DNA of 40,000 nucleotides from Pseudescherichia vulneris (GTDB lineage Bacteria; Pseudomonadota; Gammaproteobacteria; Enterobacterales; Enterobacteriaceae): NCBI GenBank assembly GCA_046518185.1, contig JBKGRZ010000004.1, positions 142,015 to 182,014 of the forward strand, read 5' to 3'. Shown piece by piece: positions 19,364 to 28,094 of this stretch (position 1 is its first letter; each line of letters starts with the position of its first letter). The notes under the pieces were generated by a model. It saw only the letters and a program-made list of their open reading frames with translations, ran no database searches and was not told where the DNA came from. The position numbers and the translations under genes were made by a program.

Positions 19364-21522
19364 AAAAAATTAAATTTCCATTTGGGATAGTTATACTATT
19401 GCTAATTAGCATCCTGCTAGGAATAAACTTTCGAACAAACAATGAACTATATGCTTCTATTCCCTTAGAGAATAAAATCGATCTTCTAAGCACATCGTTT
19501 GGTTTCCCTATTGAAGGGTACAATAAACCCTCAGGGGCATTAAATTCAGCTGGCTTTAATCAAGGACTCTCGCAATTCAATATTCCTCCTTTACAGGAAG
19601 TAGATTCAGGAATGGGGGTTGCTAATCCAGGAAATCTCCGTAAGGGAGATAATGCCACTGCGCTGCCTTCTACATTACTCCTCGCATCGACTTTTTCTAA
19701 AGAAGTAGCCTTATTAGCAGGTAAAATACTCGGAAGCGAGGCTAAAGATAAGGGGTTTAATATTGTACTTGCTGGTGGTGTTAACTTAATAAGAGAACCT
19801 CGAAATGGACGGAATTTCGAGTACGCAAGTGAAGATCCATTTTTATCTGGGGAAATTACGGGGTCTTTCGTCAAAGGAATACAAAGCCAAAATGTTGTTT
19901 CAACTATAAAACATTTTGCGCTCAATGCACAAGAAAATGGGCGTGTAGTTCTCAATTCTGTAATTAATGAAAAGAATGCACGTGAATCAGATTTATTAGC
20001 CTTTGAGATTGCCAACGAGATTGGAAGCCCTGGGGCTGTGATGATGGCTTATAACAAAGTTAATGGCGACTATGCGTCAGAGAATGCTTTTTTGATAAAC
20101 CATGTATTAAAAGGTGATTGGAAATTCAAAGGATGGGTTATGTCTGATTGGGGAGGTACTCATTCAACTGTCAAAGCAGCACTAGCTGGATTAGACCAAC
20201 AGTCAGGATTTCAGTATGACGATAAACATTACTTTGGATCTCCATTGCTGGAGGCTGTAAGAAATGGTCAGATTCCCATCGAACGGATAGATGATATGTT
20301 CTCGAGAATTATGACGATGCTAAAATTACATAATGCATTCTCGAAAAGTAAAAAATTATCTGATGAAGATTATCAACAACATGTACAAACAGCTAAAATG
20401 ATAGCTGAGAAAGGCATTGTCTTGCTTAAAAATGATAATATACTTCCACTGAAAAATAAAACCAAAAAAATTATCATTATCGGTGGTTATGCGAATAAGG
20501 GGGTATTATCAGGTGCAGGGGCAAGCCAAGTAATTCCAGTTGGAAGTTTTTTATTAAGATCAAATCAGGGTGTTCAAGTTTTTCATCCTAATTCTCTAGT
20601 TGAAGCGTTAAAAAGAAATCTACCTCAGACTGATATTCTGTTTTATAATGGCGAGGACTTGAATAAAATTAATAAAGAGATTAGTAACGAAAATACAATT
20701 GTATTTGTTGTCGCTAATCAATGGAGCAAAGAAACTCGAGATCATTCATCGTTGAGCTTGCCAAATAATCAGGATCAGCTAATATCAAGTATATCTGCTT
20801 TGAATAATAATGTTATCGTTATTCTACAAACCGGTGGTGCAGTTAAAATGCCATGGGAGGCCTCTGTTAGAGGAATTATTGAAGCATGGTATTCTGGTAT
20901 TGGCGGAGGAGATGCAATCGCTAATATTATTCTTGGGATTGTAAACCCAGCAGGAAGGTTACCGATATCATTTCCAGCGGATGAAAATGATTTACCTCAT
21001 CCAATTTTACGGGAATGGTCAACAACAACATCAAGCCCAAGATTGCCTAAAAAAGGATTGTTTGATGTTAACTACAATATAGAAGGTTCTGATGTTGGAT
21101 ATAAATGGTTTACAAAGAATAAAAAATCCATGCTATATCCATTTGGATATGGTCTATCGTATACAAAATTCGGCTATTATGATTTTTCCGTAGTTAATAC
21201 TCATGGTAAAATAGGCACTATAAGTGCGAAAATAAAAAACATAGGGCCTTTTGCAGGGACTGATACACCGCAGATATATATATATGCGGCTGCAGGAAAA
21301 ATGAAATTAGTTTCATATTCTCAAGTTTATTTAAATCCCGGGCAAGAAAAAATCGTTAAGTTTACTATTGACCCTCGCCTAATTTCTCAATTCAATGTTG
21401 AAAAACAGTATTGGCAAACTCTTCCAGGAGTTTACACTCTTTGCTTATCAAAATATGCCGGGAATTGTGCCGCAAAAAAAGAGGTTACCCTCGAAAAAGC
21501 AGTTGCATTTAAATATAATTAA
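19360..21522 (+). CDS. Glycoside hydrolase family 3 protein (BglX-like) with N-terminal signal/anchor, encoded inside the O-antigen operon
   Basis: 720 aa. GH3 hallmarks are KHFALN (aa 184-189) and GWVMSDW, with the predicted nucleophile Asp263 (gat 20146-20148). A C-terminal GLSYTKF is followed by an Fn3-like tail. The N-terminus MKKIKFPFGIVILLLISILLGINF is hydrophobic. The start overlaps the upstream GT2 stop (ATGA at 19360-19363). Confidence 0.85.
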   Translation: MKKIKFPFGIVILLLISILLGINFRTNNELYASIPLENKIDLLSTSFGFPIEGYNKPSGALNSAGFNQGLSQFNIPPLQEVDSGMGVANPGNLRKGDNATALPSTLLLASTFSKEVALLAGKILGSEAKDKGFNIVLAGGVNLIREPRNGRNFEYASEDPFLSGEITGSFVKGIQSQNVVSTIKHFALNAQENGRVVLNSVINEKNARESDLLAFEIANEIGSPGAVMMAYNKVNGDYASENAFLINHVLKGDWKFKGWVMSDWGGTHSTVKAALAGLDQQSGFQYDDKHYFGSPLLEAVRNGQIPIERIDDMFSRIMTMLKLHNAFSKSKKLSDEDYQQHVQTAKMIAEKGIVLLKNDNILPLKNKTKKIIIIGGYANKGVLSGAGASQVIPVGSFLLRSNQGVQVFHPNSLVEALKRNLPQTDILFYNGEDLNKINKEISNENTIVFVVANQWSKETRDHSSLSLPNNQDQLISSISALNNNVIVILQTGGAVKMPWEASVRGIIEAWYSGIGGGDAIANIILGIVNPAGRLPISFPADENDLPHPILREWSTTTSSPRLPKKGLFDVNYNIEGSDVGYKWFTKNKKSMLYPFGYGLSYTKFGYYDFSVVNTHGKIGTISAKIKNIGPFAGTDTPQIYIYAAAGKMKLVSYSQVYLNPGQEKIVKFTIDPRLISQFNVEKQYWQTLPGVYTLCLSKYAGNCAAKKEVTLEKAVAFKYN

Positions 21523-21530
21523 GGTTCTCT

Positions 21531-22706
21531 ATGAGTTACATAAAAGAATGTATGTTGATTTTTATTAATTCTGTAATCGCTTTTATTTCATCATTTAATA
21601 AGTTGGATGAAAAGAGGGTGGTTATTACTTCTACACAAAACATTTCATACAACTTCAATAGTAAATATTTTTTTGAGTATCTTAATGAAAGTAGTGAATG
21701 GAGAGGTTTTTCTGTATTTTATGTCATTAATAATGATGCGAAGTGTCGTGAACTAAATTCGACATACAATACGGATAGGTTTATTTCCAGTCAGTCTTTT
21801 AAAGGTGCACTATTTTGTCTGGGGGCAAAATTCTGGATAAGTTCCACATTTGAATTGCCTGTGAATTCACTTTATAGAAATTCTCAAAGAATAGTCCTTC
21901 ATTTAGGGCATGGTGTTCCTTTAAAAAAGATAGGGTTAAATGAGGAACAGGTGAGTTTTTTAAAGAAAATAAATAGACTGATACGTACCAGACAGTTTAC
22001 TGATATTGTTTGTTACTCGCCCGAACTTAAAAATTCAATGGTGAAGACTTTTGCAAACGAAGATGCTAATTATATTTTTATGGGCCAACCAAGAAACGAC
22101 GGTTTAATTGTCAATAAAGTTTCTATAAGAGAACGTGTGCTAGAGATGGCAGGGTTGCATTCGAGTGATACAGTTCGAATTGTTTTGTACGCGCCTACAT
22201 GGCGGCCTTATGCATCGACCTGTTTTTTCCCATTTGAAGTAGATGCATCTGAATTGGATGAGTTGTTGCGATCTAATAATATATATATATTCCTCCGGTC
22301 ACATCCTTTTTATCCATCTAAAATAGAACGGAATATTATAGATTTGCCTAATATCATATCGTTTAATTCTAATATTGCCCCTGAGATATGTGATTATTTG
22401 GGTGCTTTTGATAGTTTAATAACAGATTATTCTAGTATTTATATTGATTACTTGATTGCTGACCGAAAAATTGGTTTCATCCCATATGATAAAGATGAGT
22501 ACATCAAAAAAGTTGGTTTTTGCTATGACTACGAACAATTCACACCAGGTGCAAAAATCCATGATTATACCGATCTCGTTGATTTCCTTCTTTCTGATGA
22601 AGATTTAAGTAAGGATCACAGAGAAAAAATTCGAAAGGTGACAAATACTAAAGCTTCAGGTAACTGTTATGAAATTTCAAAGTATCTTAAGAATAAAATT
22701 AATTAA
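21531..22706 (+). CDS. CDP-glycerol glycerophosphotransferase (TagB/TagF family)
   Basis: 391 aa. It has the family-typical LYAPTWRPY motif followed by …FLRSHPF…, and the overall size fits the short Gram-negative TagF-like enzymes. It is the last gene of the AT-rich operon and pairs functionally with tagD. Confidence 0.8.
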   Translation: MSYIKECMLIFINSVIAFISSFNKLDEKRVVITSTQNISYNFNSKYFFEYLNESSEWRGFSVFYVINNDAKCRELNSTYNTDRFISSQSFKGALFCLGAKFWISSTFELPVNSLYRNSQRIVLHLGHGVPLKKIGLNEEQVSFLKKINRLIRTRQFTDIVCYSPELKNSMVKTFANEDANYIFMGQPRNDGLIVNKVSIRERVLEMAGLHSSDTVRIVLYAPTWRPYASTCFFPFEVDASELDELLRSNNIYIFLRSHPFYPSKIERNIIDLPNIISFNSNIAPEICDYLGAFDSLITDYSSIYIDYLIADRKIGFIPYDKDEYIKKVGFCYDYEQFTPGAKIHDYTDLVDFLLSDEDLSKDHREKIRKVTNTKASGNCYEISKYLKNKIN

Positions 22707-22907
22707 AGTGCCTATTTATATTCAATCTCTATTTTTATTGTTCAATTCGCTCCGGATATCTTAATCGTTCGCAACTATAACTAAGGTCTGTTTGTATTCT
22801 CATTCCTATATTTTACTACCTCATTACCACAATCCTGAGTTAACATCTTCACCACATTTCAAGCCACGCACACCTCGCGTGGTGACCACACCTGACAGGA
22901 GTATGTA

Positions 22908-24314
22908 ATGTCCAAGCAACAGATCGGCGTCGTCGGTATGGCAGTCATGGGGCGCAACCTGGCGCTCAACATCGAAAGCCGTGGTTATACCGTCTCCATC
23001 TTCAACCGCTCCCGTGAAAAGACAGAAGAAGTAATTGCCGAGAATCCAGGCAAGAAACTGGCTCCTTTCTACACGGTGCAGGAATTCGTCGAGTCTCTGG
23101 AAACACCACGCCGTATCCTGTTAATGGTGAAGGCGGGCGAGGGCACGGACAAAGCCATCGAATCTCTGAAGCCTTACCTGGATAAAGGCGACATCATCAT
23201 CGAGGGGGGTAACTCCTACTTCCCGGACACCGTGCGTCGTAACCGCGAGCTCTCCGCTGAAGGTTTCAACTTCATCGGGACCGGCGTTTCCGGTGGTGAA
23301 GAGGGCGCCCTGAAAGGCCCATCTATTATGCCTGGCGGCCAGAAAGAAGCGTACGAGCTGGTTGCCCCAATCCTGACCAAAATCGCTGCTGTTGCCGAAG
23401 ACGGTGAGCCGTGCGTGACCTATATCGGTCCGGATGGCGCAGGTCATTACGTGAAGATGGTGCACAACGGGATCGAGTACGGCGACATGCAGCTGATCGC
23501 GGAAGCCTACTCCCTGTTGAAAGGTGGCCTGAAGCTTTCTAATGAAGAACTGGCGCAGGTCTTCACCGAGTGGAACAACGGCGAGCTGAACAGCTACCTG
23601 ATTGACATCACTAAAGACATCTTCACCAAAAAAGATGAACAAGGAACTTACCTGGTCGATGTGATTCTGGATGAAGCGGCTAACAAAGGTACCGGTAAGT
23701 GGACCAGCCAGAGTTCTCTGGACCTCGGCGAACCACTGTCGCTGATCACCGAATCAGTGTTCGCACGTTATATCTCTTCTCTGAAAGATCAGCGTGTTGC
23801 CGCGTCTAAAGTGCTGAGTGGCCCGCAGGCTAAACCGGCGGGTGATAAAGCAGAATTCGTTGAGAAAGTGCGTCGCGCTCTGTATCTGGGCAAAATCGTT
23901 TCTTACGCGCAGGGCTTCTCTCAACTGCGTGCAGCGTCGAACGAGTACAACTGGGATCTGAACTACGGCGAAATCGCGAAGATTTTCCGTGCGGGTTGTA
24001 TTATTCGTGCCCAGTTCCTGCAGAAAATCACCGATGCCTATGCTGAAAACGCTGACATCGCGAACCTGTTGCTGGCCCCGTACTTCAAGAAAATCGCTGA
24101 CGATTATCAGCAGGCGCTACGTGACGTTGTGGCATATGCCGTGCAGAACGGTATTCCTGTCCCGACCTTCTCTGCGGCTATCGCTTACTACGACAGCTAT
24201 CGTGCAGAAGTGCTGCCAGCGAACCTGATTCAGGCGCAGCGTGACTACTTCGGGGCGCATACTTACAAGCGTACCGATAAAGACGGTGTGTTCCACACCG
24301 AGTGGATGGATTAA
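22908..24314 (+). CDS. gnd: 6-phosphogluconate dehydrogenase, decarboxylating
   Basis: 468 aa. [51 protein letters not shown]… is collinear with E. coli Gnd. The conserved leader …cacctgacaggagtatgtaATG lies upstream. Confidence 0.98.
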   Translation: MSKQQIGVVGMAVMGRNLALNIESRGYTVSIFNRSREKTEEVIAENPGKKLAPFYTVQEFVESLETPRRILLMVKAGEGTDKAIESLKPYLDKGDIIIEGGNSYFPDTVRRNRELSAEGFNFIGTGVSGGEEGALKGPSIMPGGQKEAYELVAPILTKIAAVAEDGEPCVTYIGPDGAGHYVKMVHNGIEYGDMQLIAEAYSLLKGGLKLSNEELAQVFTEWNNGELNSYLIDITKDIFTKKDEQGTYLVDVILDEAANKGTGKWTSQSSLDLGEPLSLITESVFARYISSLKDQRVAASKVLSGPQAKPAGDKAEFVEKVRRALYLGKIVSYAQGFSQLRAASNEYNWDLNYGEIAKIFRAGCIIRAQFLQKITDAYAENADIANLLLAPYFKKIADDYQQALRDVVAYAVQNGIPVPTFSAAIAYYDSYRAEVLPANLIQAQRDYFGAHTYKRTDKDGVFHTEWMD

Positions 24315-24342
24315 TCTTAAATAATCCAATATCGCATCAAGG

Positions 24343-24369
24343 CCCGGAGCTTGTCTCCGGGTTTTTTTT
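24343..24369 (+). terminator. Rho-independent terminator of gnd
   Basis: cccggag-cttgt-ctccggg hairpin followed by tttttttt, about 30 nt after the gnd stop. Confidence 0.8.
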
Positions 24370-24544
24370 ATCCAAAATGCGGTCGGGTATTCGAAGTAGT
24401 CTGAATGTCACCTCAACATTGCGGGAATTCAGGGGCTGCGCCTTGACAGTGCCTTCACGCAAGAGGTTAAATCCCAGCAGCTATTGATTATCGTGGTGGC
24501 CCGGGTGCCATCTCTACCCGTTAACTGAATAAAGTTGCGTTCTA

Positions 24545-25711
24545 ATGAAAATTACAATTTCCGGTACAGGTTACGTTGGCCTTTCAAACGGCATTCTGAT
24601 TGCTCAGAACCACGAAGTCGTGGCGCTGGATATCGTGCAGGCCAAAGTGGACATGCTCAATCAGAAAAAATCGCCGATTGTCGATAAAGAGATTGAAGAG
24701 TATTTAGCGACTAAAACGCTCAACTTTCGCGCCACGACGGACAAGCAGGATGCCTATCGCGATGCCGAGTATGTGATTATCGCGACGCCAACCGATTACG
24801 ACCCAAAAACCAACTATTTCAACACGTCAAGCGTAGAAGCGGTGATCCGTGATGTGGTGGCGATCAACCCGAAGGCGGTGATGATCATCAAGTCGACCAT
24901 TCCGGTGGGTTTCACCCAGTCTATTAAAGACGAGTTGGGCATCGATAACGTGATTTTCTCGCCGGAATTCCTGCGTGAAGGCCGGGCTCTGTACGATAAC
25001 CTGCATCCGTCACGTATTGTTATCGGCGAGCGCTCCGCGCGCGCAGAGCGTTTTGCCGCGCTGTTGCAGGAAGGGGCGATTAAGAAAGAGATCCCAACCC
25101 TGTTCACTGACTCCACCGAAGCCGAAGCCATCAAGCTGTTTGCCAATACCTACCTGGCGATGCGCGTTGCCTATTTCAACGAACTGGACAGCTACGCAGA
25201 AAGCTTAGGCCTGGACAGCCGTCAGATAATCGAAGGCGTTTGCCTCGACCCGCGTATCGGCAACCACTATAACAACCCGTCATTTGGTTATGGTGGTTAC
25301 TGCTTGCCAAAAGACACCAAGCAGCTGCTGGCTAACTACCAGTCGGTGCCGAATAACATTATTTCGGCTATCGTCGATGCCAACCGCACGCGTAAAGATT
25401 TTGTCGCAGACTCCATTCTGTCGCGTAAACCAAAAGTGGTTGGCGTTTATCGTCTGATTATGAAGAGTGGCTCTGACAACTTCCGCGCATCCTCCATTCA
25501 GGGGATCATGAAGCGCATTAAAGCCAAAGGTGTGCAGGTCATTATTTATGAGCCGGTGATGCAGGAAGATGAATTCTTCCATTCTCGCGTGGTGCGTGAC
25601 CTCGAGGCGTTCAAGCAGGAAGCCGATGTGATTATCTCCAACCGTATGGCGAAAGAGCTTGAAGACGTGGCGGAGAAGGTTTATACCCGCGACCTCTTCG
25701 GTAACGACTAA
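24545..25711 (+). CDS. ugd: UDP-glucose 6-dehydrogenase
   Basis: 388 aa. [29 protein letters not shown]… (Rossmann fold) and the catalytic-Cys region [14 protein letters not shown] ([15 protein letters not shown]) match E. coli Ugd. It occupies the canonical position after gnd. Confidence 0.97.
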   Translation: MKITISGTGYVGLSNGILIAQNHEVVALDIVQAKVDMLNQKKSPIVDKEIEEYLATKTLNFRATTDKQDAYRDAEYVIIATPTDYDPKTNYFNTSSVEAVIRDVVAINPKAVMIIKSTIPVGFTQSIKDELGIDNVIFSPEFLREGRALYDNLHPSRIVIGERSARAERFAALLQEGAIKKEIPTLFTDSTEAEAIKLFANTYLAMRVAYFNELDSYAESLGLDSRQIIEGVCLDPRIGNHYNNPSFGYGGYCLPKDTKQLLANYQSVPNNIISAIVDANRTRKDFVADSILSRKPKVVGVYRLIMKSGSDNFRASSIQGIMKRIKAKGVQVIIYEPVMQEDEFFHSRVVRDLEAFKQEADVIISNRMAKELEDVAEKVYTRDLFGND

Positions 25712-25730
25712 ATCAAGCTGATTACACAGT

Positions 25731-25763
25731 AAAAGGCCCTCGAATGAGGGCCTTGTTGTTTTT
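25731..25763. terminator. Shared (bidirectional) terminator between the convergent ugd and uge genes
   Basis: aaaaggccctc-gaat-gagggccttgttgttttt. The stem is flanked by an A-run on one side and a T-rich run on the other. Confidence 0.7.
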
Positions 25764-25788
25764 AGCGTAAGTCTGAAGAGCTGCTGAA

Positions 25789-26793
25789 TTAAACGTTATA
25801 GAAACCGCGATACCAGTCGACGAAGTTTTTCACCCCGTCTTTCACCGTGGTTTCAGGTTTGAAGCCGGTCACTTCCTGCAACGGTTGAGTATCGGCGCTG
25901 GTTTCTAACACGTCGCCCGGCTGCACCGGCATCATATTCTTCGTAGCTTCGATGCCTAACGCCTCTTCCAGGGCGGTAATGTAATCCATCAACTCGACAG
26001 GGGAGCTGTTGCCGATGTTGTACACGCGATACGGGGCAGAGCTGCTGGCCGGGGAACCGGTTTCAACCGTCCAGTTGGCGTCAGGCTGCGGAATAACATC
26101 CTGCAGACGAATGATGGCTTCCGCAATGTCGTCGATGTAGGTGAAATCGCGCTTCATCTTGCCGTAGTTGTAGACGTCGATGCTCTTACCTTCAATCATG
26201 GCTTTGGTGAACTTGAACAGCGCCATGTCTGGGCGACCCCATGGGCCATAGACGGTGAAGAAACGCAGGCCGGTGGTGGGTAAACCATACAGATGGGCAT
26301 AGGTGTGCGACATCAGCTCATTGGCTTTTTTGGTGGCGGCGTAGAGCGACACCGGATGATCCACGGAATCATCGGTCGAGAACGGCATCTTACGATTCAG
26401 ACCGTAAACCGAACTTGACGACGCATACAGCAAATGCTGAACCTTATTGTGGCGACAGCCTTCGAGCACGTTCAGATGACCAGTCAGGTTGGCGTCAGCG
26501 TAAGCATGTGGATTTTCCAGCGAGTAACGCACCCCGGCTTGGGCGGCGAGATGGATAACCCGGTCAAATTTCTCATCGGCGAACAGGGCAGCCATCGCCT
26601 CACGATCGGCCAGATCCATTTTATGGAAACTGAAACCTGGCTTTTGCAGCAGGTCGAGCCGGGCCTGTTTCAGGTTCACGTCATAGTAGTCGTTGAGATT
26701 ATCAATCCCCACCACCTGATGGCCTGCCTGCAGCAGACGCTCACTAACATGGAAGCCGATAAAGCCGGCGGCGCCGGTAACCAGATATTTCAT
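25789..26793 (-). CDS. uge: UDP-glucuronate 4-epimerase (makes UDP-galacturonate; Uge/Gla-like)
   Basis: 334 aa counted from ATG 26793. That ATG is preceded by GAGGA at about 6-nt spacing; the track adds one GTG codon. MKYLVTGAAGFIGFHVSERLLQAGHQVVGIDNLNDYYDVNLKQARL… and the YAATKKANE catalytic motif are typical of the extended-SDR UDP-GlcA epimerases. Confidence 0.85.
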   Translation of the reverse strand: MKYLVTGAAGFIGFHVSERLLQAGHQVVGIDNLNDYYDVNLKQARLDLLQKPGFSFHKMDLADREAMAALFADEKFDRVIHLAAQAGVRYSLENPHAYADANLTGHLNVLEGCRHNKVQHLLYASSSSVYGLNRKMPFSTDDSVDHPVSLYAATKKANELMSHTYAHLYGLPTTGLRFFTVYGPWGRPDMALFKFTKAMIEGKSIDVYNYGKMKRDFTYIDDIAEAIIRLQDVIPQPDANWTVETGSPASSSAPYRVYNIGNSSPVELMDYITALEEALGIEATKNMMPVQPGDVLETSADTQPLQEVTGFKPETTVKDGVKNFVDWYRGFYNV

Positions 26794-27023
26794 CACTTTT
26801 CCTCACAAACTGACCAGAAAATCGCCATATGCGTCTGGCACAACCGAAAGCAAAATCATACCGTTAGCGGGTGCAAAAAGATAATCGTTATCTACAATTA
26901 GCGTAGCCCGTTTTTTCGGTAAATTAACGGGCCTTCGGGCATAATTCTTATAGTAATTCTGATTCACGTAAGTACACTATTCCGCCTTGTGGGCTTTTCA
27001 TAAATTTCGCAGTTAAGGTTTGT

Positions 27024-28028
27024 ATGACGCAGGATAACAATAAAAGTTTTAACGGTCGCAGCAACGAGCCGGAACAGATTGATCTCATCGATCTGGTGAT
27101 GCAAATCTGGCGCGGGAAGGTCACCATCATGGTGTGTGTGGTTGTCGCTATTCTGCTCGCGATGGGTTACATCATGGTTGCCAAAGAGAAATGGACCTCG
27201 ACGGCGCTCATCACCCAGCCAGATTCAGGACAGGTTTCAAGCTACTACAACGCGATGAACATTCTCTATGGCAGTAACTCGCCGTCAGTGGGTGCGATTC
27301 AGCAGGATTTGATTACGCGCTTTAACTCCACGTTTTCCGCCCTCTCTGAGTCGTTAGATAATCAGGAGCAGCCGGAAAAACTGAATATTGAAGCTGCGGT
27401 AAAAGGCCAGAGTCTGCCTTTGCGCGTATCGTATGTGGCTCATACGGCGGAAGAAGCGCAGAAGACGCTGGCGCAGTATATCCAGCAGGTTGACGATAGC
27501 GTGGCCAAGGCCGTTGAAGGTGATTTAAAAGACAATATCACCTCTCGTAAGAACGACATTGAGCAATCGTTGACCACGCAGGAAAAAGTGGTTACCGAGC
27601 AGAAGGCATTGCGCATTGCGCAAATTAGCCAGGCATTGACCATTGCTGAGCAATCTAAAATTAAGTTGCCGCTAATCCAGCAGGTTGACCAGGTCTCTCA
27701 AGACACCATGTTCATGCTCGGCAGTGATGCGCTGAGTGCCATGGTTAAAAATGAAGCCACACGGCCGCTGGAGTTCCCTGGCAGTTACTATCAGACGCGT
27801 CAGACATTGCTGGACGTGAATAATCTGATGTCCGGGGGTAAAGACGATCAGCCAAAAATACCAGCTATTCACGCCTACCGTTACGTGATGAAACCAACGC
27901 TGCCGTTCCATCGTGACAGCCCGAAACGCGCCATTATTCTGGTTCTGGCCGTGCTGCTGGGCGGTATGGTTGGGGCAGGTGTCGTCTTAGGCCGCAATGC
28001 GCTGCGTAACTATCAGCCAAAAGCCTGA
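27024..28028 (+). CDS. wzzB: O-antigen chain-length determinant (polysaccharide co-polymerase PCP-1)
   Basis: 334 aa. …PEQIDLIDLVMQIWRGKVTIMVCVVVAILLAMGYIMVAKEKWTSTALITQPD… matches the E. coli WzzB N-terminus. A second TM segment lies near the C-terminus (ILVLAVLLGGMVGAGVVLG). It sits between ugd and hisI. Confidence 0.93.
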   Translation: MTQDNNKSFNGRSNEPEQIDLIDLVMQIWRGKVTIMVCVVVAILLAMGYIMVAKEKWTSTALITQPDSGQVSSYYNAMNILYGSNSPSVGAIQQDLITRFNSTFSALSESLDNQEQPEKLNIEAAVKGQSLPLRVSYVAHTAEEAQKTLAQYIQQVDDSVAKAVEGDLKDNITSRKNDIEQSLTTQEKVVTEQKALRIAQISQALTIAEQSKIKLPLIQQVDQVSQDTMFMLGSDALSAMVKNEATRPLEFPGSYYQTRQTLLDVNNLMSGGKDDQPKIPAIHAYRYVMKPTLPFHRDSPKRAIILVLAVLLGGMVGAGVVLGRNALRNYQPKA

Positions 28029-28045
28029 CCGTTTATTTTGGCGAT

Positions 28046-28081
28046 AAAAAAACCGGGCATGATATTCGCCCGGTTTTTTTA
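28046..28081. terminator. Bidirectional terminator between the convergent wzzB and hisI genes
   Basis: aaaaaaaccgggc-atgatattc-gcccggttttttttt. The GC stem is flanked by an A-run and a T-run. Confidence 0.8.
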
Positions 28082-28094
28082 CGCCTGAAAAAGA

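Noticed and set aside
19560-20015. A 151-aa antisense ORF inside the AT-rich GH3 gene. It is surprising at first sight because stop codons are frequent in AT-rich DNA.
   Set aside because: It occupies the antisense phase in which stops arise only opposite sense TA- or CA-initial codons (Tyr, His, Gln) that follow a T- or C-ending codon. That phase is systematically stop-poor. There is no start context or SD, and the translation has no recognisable motifs. The same explanation covers 15758-16069 (-, 103 aa) inside wzx.
13300-22900. Mobile-element signatures (IS, transposase, integrase, direct or inverted terminal repeats) or defence-system genes at the edges of or inside the low-GC block.
   Set aside because: Every sizeable ORF in the block is accounted for by polysaccharide-synthesis functions. 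No transposase- or integrase-like translations, CRISPR-like repeats or terminal inverted repeats were seen. Acquisition is better explained by homologous recombination in the galF and gnd flanks.
24302-24487. A 61-aa ORF spanning the gnd stop, its terminator and the gnd-ugd spacer.
   Set aside because: It starts inside gnd in another frame and runs through the gnd terminator hairpin. It has no SD and no recognisable motifs, and the spacer is better explained as the terminator plus the ugd promoter region.
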